IMG/VR virus record: IMGVR_UViG_3300038393_000457
Coordinates: 1 to 64,000 of that record
DNA: 64,000 nt
Source: a virus
Lineage: Duplodnaviria > Caudoviricetes
Strand: one strand, 5' to 3'
Below are positions 58,205 through 64,000 of this stretch, in pieces. Below the pieces are notes generated by a model. That model saw nothing but the letters and a program-made list of their open reading frames with translations, was not told where the DNA came from and did not search any database. Numbering within the stretch: position 1 is the stretch's first letter; every line of letters begins with the position of its first letter. The position numbers and the translations under genes were made by a program.

Positions 58205-58606
58205 TTAGTGTAAAATCATAGCGTCACTGACTTCAGGAAAAAGACCTTCCTCGAATTCATCAATCTGTTCTTCCTCGGGATTCCATTCTACCCAACCTGG
58301 CATTCCACTACCGTCATCTTTCGACCAAATCTGGAGACCACCATGATTTGTGTAGTCCCCTTTAATCTTGTTTTCAAACTGGAACAAATCATACTTGGCA
58401 AGCATGTCCAACATAGACACTGCATGTTCTAGAGAATCCACAGGATATGTGAACATCTTTCCACCAACCTGAGGGAACCAATATATTTGGAGGGAACCAA
58501 CAAGCGGGACCTCCTCACTTTCTGTCTCAGACACGTTTTGCATACGACCCACATCCCTGTCCTTGATGATAATTTGATTTCTGTTTGTGTGATCAAACAG
58601 TGACAT
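58205..58606 (-). CDS. P22 gp17-like (exclusion-escape) protein
   Basis: LQIYWFPQV...YDLFQFENKIKGDYTNHGGLQIW recalls P22 gp17; start reset to MSLFDH. Confidence 0.65.
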   Translation of the reverse strand: MSLFDHTNRNQIIIKDRDVGRMQNVSETESEEVPLVGSLQIYWFPQVGGKMFTYPVDSLEHAVSMLDMLAKYDLFQFENKIKGDYTNHGGLQIWSKDDGSGMPGWVEWNPEEEQIDEFEEGLFPEVSDAMILH

Positions 58607-58635
58607 AATAGTAACACGATTCATCACAGACGCAA

Positions 58636-58674
58636 CAAAAAACCGGCGAGGAAAAACCAATCTCCTCGCCGGTT
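58636..58674 (-). terminator. intrinsic terminator
   Basis: aaccggcgagg/cctcgccggtt followed by a U-run on the minus strand. Confidence 0.7.
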
Positions 58675-58695
58675 CTTTTGTGCGGAGCGGACTGA

Positions 58696-59043
58696 CTACG
58701 CTTCCGTACGAGCATCCTTCAACGGCACGATCTTGGCCGTTTTGGAACTCCCCCTCACCGCGAACCGCGACTTGGGGATCGACCGACTGCCAAGCGTTCC
58801 GCTGCCCCTCTGCAGCGAAAAACCCAGGAGCTTGCGCCCCTCGCGCACAGGCACGATATTGTGGGTCATCTTCACTGCTGCAAGCGAACGACGGACCCAC
58901 TTTTTACCCGTCGCTTCCTGCATCTCCTTGAGGGAGACGACCTTCTTGCGCTTCATCGCGCCGAGGATCGCTTCCACGTTGTCTGCGGTGGTCTTCGGAA
59001 AGGCCCGACCGCTATACGCAATAACGTTCTTTTCCTTCGTCAT
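58696..59043 (-). CDS. small basic, HTH-like DNA-binding protein
   Basis: K/R-rich 115 aa, aggagag RBS, own promoter. Confidence 0.5.
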   Translation of the reverse strand: MTKEKNVIAYSGRAFPKTTADNVEAILGAMKRKKVVSLKEMQEATGKKWVRRSLAAVKMTHNIVPVREGRKLLGFSLQRGSGTLGSRSIPKSRFAVRGSSKTAKIVPLKDARTEA

Positions 59044-59198
59044 GTTGAACTCTCCTTAATGATGATTAACTTGTGTTAAGTTGTCAATAGCAATTACGTC
59101 CACTGACAACGAATATAACACCTACCCTCATCGGAAGATGCAGAACAAATATTGCGTTGTTGGGTGTGAATGTGAACTTTTATTATAACGTGGAAATG

Positions 59199-60278
59199 CT
59201 ACCCTTCTCCTCTGTATACTTTGATGGTGTTTCCAGCTTCGGTATGTACAGTTTCTTGAATGATCAATTTAGTAATTGGACCAATCGGGGTAATCCGACT
59301 TCTACCCCATCTATAATGATTGAGGTCTGAATATTGGATAACGCCATTGTTAACCAGTGCAGCTTGATCTATTTCATAAAGATCAAGGCTTCCGTAATTC
59401 TGATAGTGATAGTATTTACCATTATATTCACAAATACCATTGTATTGTCGATCAACGGGACGATTATCCGTAACCAGGTCAATTTCACGCTTGACGATAT
59501 TGCTTAGATAGAAAGCGTAACAGTTTCCCTTTGCAATATCTTGGACAATTTGATTTTCAAGATATTTCTGAGTTTGTTCAGCAGTATCGAGGATTTCCGA
59601 GGCTTTAACCTCTGTACGAGTGTAGACATATTCGACACCATCTTTATTGGTACAAATGAATGTATGGCTTGGCTTTTTGGTCCGTCGATATTCCGAATAA
59701 CCATTCATACGACCACAATAAATGCCAGTGATTCCGTTTTCCAGGATCACTTTGTTGCCAATCTTTACATTCTTCATTGGAATGTAAGCCTTCTTGGCAC
59801 CATCAATTGCCTTGGTGGCCTTCACCGCATTCTTGTATTCATCTGAATTGACAGACAACAGGATGTTGTTCCCGCCACGTCTTGCCCAGATACACTCTCC
59901 CGAAATATCTCCCTTGTCAATCGCGCAATCCATCATCAATTCGGCAAGATTTTCATTCTTGATTTCCAGTTCGAAACCACGAGGATCAAGCACCCGCCAT
60001 GAGTCGGGACCACTATATCGGTAGGCACGTCTTACATCCAACGTGAGCTTGAAGCCCTTCATTGGATGGTTGTTCAGGATTTCAGGAGCCTTGTTCTTCG
60101 CATTTTTTGGATTGTTCTGCCAAGAATAACCATTGACCCAACGATCAACAGTCTCCTTGCGCTTGTCAAACGCCTTCGTCTTATCATATGGCGTCATGAA
60201 ACCAAGTTGTGGTTCACCATCACCACGATGCTTGTAGCCAATATAACAGCTTTCAGGAATCTTGGTAATCTGGGTCAT
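59199..60278 (-). CDS. conserved phage hypothetical protein
   Basis: 359-aa ORF; GFMTPY, DPRGFELEI motifs. Confidence 0.6.
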   Translation of the reverse strand: MTQITKIPESCYIGYKHRGDGEPQLGFMTPYDKTKAFDKRKETVDRWVNGYSWQNNPKNAKNKAPEILNNHPMKGFKLTLDVRRAYRYSGPDSWRVLDPRGFELEIKNENLAELMMDCAIDKGDISGECIWARRGGNNILLSVNSDEYKNAVKATKAIDGAKKAYIPMKNVKIGNKVILENGITGIYCGRMNGYSEYRRTKKPSHTFICTNKDGVEYVYTRTEVKASEILDTAEQTQKYLENQIVQDIAKGNCYAFYLSNIVKREIDLVTDNRPVDRQYNGICEYNGKYYHYQNYGSLDLYEIDQAALVNNGVIQYSDLNHYRWGRSRITPIGPITKLIIQETVHTEAGNTIKVYRGEG

Positions 60279-60285
60279 CGAAAAT

Positions 60286-62819
60286 CTACTTTTTCAACAC
60301 ATAGAATAGACCGGCATCCTTGTACATCTTGTAGATGCCAACATTCAGTCGATTTTTTGTTTTAGTGGGAATAATAAAAGGCGTATAATGTTTATCATAA
60401 CCAGTCCAAAAATCTCCCTTATGAGCCCACCTTCTATTATTGGCAGGCAAGGAATCATGTTCTGCCATTACAAGATCGGCATTTTGTTTCAAGATGTCAC
60501 CTTCAGTGAAGATTTTAGACTTCAACATTTAAGCCATGCTCCCAACCTTCGGTGCCCCAATAATCCTCGGCTGCAAGTGGATCCAAAACTTCTTCCACAA
60601 GCATCTTGAGGAATTCCTTGCAGTTCTCAGGATTGTTCTCAAAGAACATCTTGAGACCATCGCAGATTTCATTGATGGTGTCAACCGCACCCTCGTCAGA
60701 CATTTTCTTTATATTCATTTCACTATAAACCTAACCATGATTGCAACAAATAATTCTGTAAATACCACAGTCAACAAAAGATCAAATCCCATCAGGGCCT
60801 ATATTTCTTGGTCGTCTTGAGGTAAGCAATTCCCAATGGAGTGATTTCGAGCTTAGTTTGACAAGGGCTACTAATTTTGGATGATTTAGAACTACCGTGG
60901 TTTTTAGGATATATTTTAGGTGTTCTCGTCACCTTAGCATAACCTTTTTTGACCAATTCAAGATGACGTTTGGTCATTCTTGGTTGATATTTGTTATTGA
61001 CATAACCTCGATCTTTATAAATTAAATCAAGGATATCATCCAATTCTTCTCGTCTGGTTTTCTTTGCTTGGACTGGAATACCGTATAAGGGAATAAGTTT
61101 TTTCATGGTTCAAAGAACAACCAATGTGTCACCATTAGGTCCAATTTTCTGGAGCTTTTCTTCAACTTTGATGGACAATTCAACCAACTGTTCACCGACT
61201 ATAAGACCCGGATTATGTTTATAGATCTTTGGAATAGCGGTCTTGCCGGTTCCTGCCCGGAACTTACCAGTCGCCTTCTCCCGGACAAGGTAGACCTTGT
61301 CCGGCATGTTGACATAATTTGTCATGATTAATTGGCTTCATCCAAAGCAAGAGCCAAGATAATAGTACCGGTCATCATGATTTCCTCAAGACGAGCCCTG
61401 GTGTTCGGATATTTCGTCCAATCACTCTGTTTGAGATGCGCGCCGACTGCACCAAGAAGTTGCGCAAGCATGGCAGCATTGATCTCGACAGTGGTGTTCT
61501 TCAGAACCTCATAGGTATTGGCGGCTTCAGGGTCTATCGCCAAGAATTCCTCGGTTGTCAGTTCATCTCTCTTCATTTGGTCTATCCTCATTAATTGGGA
61601 ACAAAGGATCGGAATTTATCACATTTGAGATGGCTTCCTTTAGGAAGGCTCGATCCGTATCGTTGAACCCATCGATTTTTTCTTCTGACATGCCGGCCAC
61701 AACAATACCAGCAGTCAACAGGATCGATAAGTCATCCGCATGAACCTTGACATAGGCATCAGTTGGCAGGCCAGTAGGATTGATTTGATCCAAATATGTT
61801 CGCATGGTTTCACGAGACATTGGAAGAGTCCTCGTAAGCATCGACGGCATCCTGCGCCAACGATTCGATGCGATTCACCGTGTCAATAAGTGACTGGGCG
61901 TTGTGACTGCCGTTCATGATTGCAACGTCGCAACCGCCCAACATGATCGAAACAGTGGCACAATCAACTTCGACCGTCATTGGATCACTTGTTGGCACCA
62001 AGCAAAGCGCCTCGACGTGCTTGATAACGTCGCTCACCAGTTCCGGATGCATACAGCCGAAGGAAATCGCTTCCCGGCAGCCCATCAGAAGCATGGAAAT
62101 ATCGTAACGATCAATCTTGACCTTGATCTTTGAAACCCTCGCGGCGGCAGCCGCGATATGTGGCGGAGCCTGATCAAAAAGAGGAGACAACATGAAAACT
62201 TCCCATAAAATGTTTATTGACTACGACCACAATCTCACAGAAATTCAAATTGTCAAATCGACTTCATCTTATCAAAGGAGTCTCGCATTTCCTTGAACGT
62301 CTGTTCCAATCCCTTGATCATCTTGTCGAATTCCGCTCTTTCCTCGTCTGTCATCTCACGACCAGAAGTCTTGACCGTTCGTTTGCCGTCGGCGTCTACT
62401 GTGTAGGTGACATTGGAAATAGTGGTCGTCCAAAGTGGAGAAGGGTCTGGGATATAGTCTACCCTCCAGTTTCCGACAAGAGCATTCCAGAAAGACTTGA
62501 AAAATTGAATCATCTTGGTTTCCTTAAAATTTGGTGGAGCTAGTCAGAGTGCGTAACGTCCTGACACACCGGCAAATCCCCGGGCCCGATTAGCCGCTTT
62601 CGGGTTAGCCCCCTAACGTTGTGCCGTTCGATAAGTCAGACAATGAAAGCGCGCCGTTTCTTCTGGAATGATCACCCACTCACGACCACCACCTTGTGGA
62701 TAAACCTTGACCGAGATTTCATGGCAAGTCGGGCACTCCAGGACATGGCCATAAGGGATATGCTCTCCCTCAGTCTCGTGGCCTTTGCTGCAAACATAGG
62801 TGACTTTCATGTTTCCCAT
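60286..62819 (-). CDS. cluster of small early hypothetical ORFs (60286-60528, 60515-60718, 60792-61106, 61110-61325, 61328-61591, 61563-61850, 61810-62193, 62253-62513, 62613-62819)
   Basis: tightly packed minus-strand ORFs with RBS. Confidence 0.55.
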
Positions 62820-62895
62820 TCCGTCACAGGAAAGACATAATCGACCTGCATAGTCAGCCTGACGACCTGATACCTCTGTTTGTCCGTCATCATAC

Positions 62896-63222
62896 TCAGA
62901 ATGCTCCGAGTTGCGCGGACAGGAAAACGAGTGTCGCTATGAACAATACAAACCAGATAATGTCAAGAAGTCTCATCCCCAAACCCCGGAAACCGTCAGA
63001 ATGAAAACTTGGAAGAACAACACCACCAAGAGAAAGCGATAGAACATCACATCCACCGGAAGTCAAGAACCATGGCACAGAACACCACCGTCACACCAAG
63101 AGTGACACTGGCAACCGCCAACCAGTCAAGCCAGAAACGAGTCAACGTACCACAACTTTCAGGAGGCAGCACCCGGTCCAGAAAATGGCAAGACTGCCAC
63201 CGAAGACGAGTAGATTAGTCAT
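62896..63222 (-). CDS. four coupled single-TM microproteins (63142-63222, 63047-63145, 62973-63047, 62896-62976)
   Basis: manual translation; stop/start overlaps TTGA, TGATG, ATGA. Confidence 0.65.
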
Positions 63223-63253
63223 GCCACGAGACTAGCAGAACATGACTAGAGCG

Positions 63254-63475
63254 TCAAGGAGAAACCGGCAGCAAGCCCGAAATTGCATCTTCCTTGGCTT
63301 TGATCGCCGCTTCCACCTTGTCAATTGCCGCCCTAGTCAAAATCACGACATGTTCTCTTGTATCGACTTCGGAGATCGCCTGCTCCGATGCCGCAACCAA
63401 CAACACCAACGATTTGGCATCAATGGTGATTTCCACCTTCTCAAGGAAGTCAAGCATGTCAAGAAGTTTCATCAA
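63254..63475 (-). CDS. small helical hypothetical protein
   Basis: 73-aa ORF with gaggt RBS and an upstream TTGACT promoter. Confidence 0.55.
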   Translation of the reverse strand: MMKLLDMLDFLEKVEITIDAKSLVLLVAASEQAISEVDTREHVVILTRAAIDKVEAAIKAKEDAISGLLPVSP

Positions 63476-63925
63476 AATACCTCAAAGTTAAGATGTCATA
63501 GCTCTAACAGCGACCACAAAGAAAGTCAAGAAGAACGATATGCCTCAGAAACCTCCTGCTCAGTATGCGTCCTGTCGGGGTTCCTCCGGTAAATCGCCAT
63601 GACTTGATCGTGTGTCAAGGCGCCTTTCATGGCTCTTGCCCAAGTCAAGGAATCAGGGTAGGGTATAAAAGAAGTGTTCTTGGCGACTTCCACCGACGGC
63701 TTCTTGGCAGGAGCCAGCATCATCTCACGACAGCGGTTGACTTTCATCCGGTCCATGAAAGTCTCCTTTCGAGACTTGTCTACCTTGGAGGTTTCCCTAA
63801 AAGAAAGGGGAAGAAAGAAAAAGAGAAAAAGAAAGAAGGGGAAAGAAAGTGCGGAGCATAACTCCACGGAGTCCAAAAGTCAACCCCTTGTCAAGGCCTC
63901 CACGCAAATAAATCTGTGGGTAACT

Positions 63926-63999
63926 TCCTATGCGTAGTATTCCTATGCGCAACAATGGCGCTCTATACGCAATTCTGGTCTCCAATCTTGCGCATAGGA
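63926..63999. repeat. iteron-like TCCTATGCGCA repeats in both orientations
   Basis: copies at 63926, 63941, 63962 (degenerate), 63989 (inverted). Confidence 0.55.
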
Positions 64000-64000
64000 C

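Noticed and set aside
58607-58900. N-terminal extension of ORF 58205-58900
   Set aside because: It overlaps another gene and a terminator; a start at 58606 is more plausible.
1-64000. stop-codon reassignment
   Set aside because: Core genes are full length in code 11 and end at TAA, TGA or TAG.
1-64000. CRISPR array
   Set aside because: No regularly spaced direct repeats seen.

Overview
Segment of a large T4-like (myovirus-type) phage genome, probably infecting an alphaproteobacterium (inferred from the host-like GroES and B12-dependent NrdJ). It holds the core replication genes (gp43 polymerase, UvsX, gp41 helicase, gp61 primase), NrdJ, ThyX, a lysis module (GH108 endolysin, holin-like protein), an NAD salvage and counter-defence set (NadM-Nudix, NadV, Acb1/57B-like, NADAR, SLOG), a five-gene NDP-deoxysugar/methyltransferase/glycosyltransferase cluster, and eight free-standing homing endonucleases plus one other HNH nuclease. 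About 32 tRNA genes lie in clusters, many structurally non-canonical. The most striking unexplained signals are in the RNA layer: two tRNA genes split by inserts that themselves contain a tRNA; tRNA-like RNAs with oversized anticodon arms, no D-arm, or only a CCA-ended minihelix; three 300-450 nt ornate ncRNA candidates plus several smaller ones; and a covarying hairpin motif shared by the leaders of unrelated homing endonucleases. A stand-alone GGQ release-factor domain and a chain of four translationally coupled membrane microproteins were also found. No CRISPR array, intron or intein was seen. All calls come from manual reading and motif recall; no searches were run.
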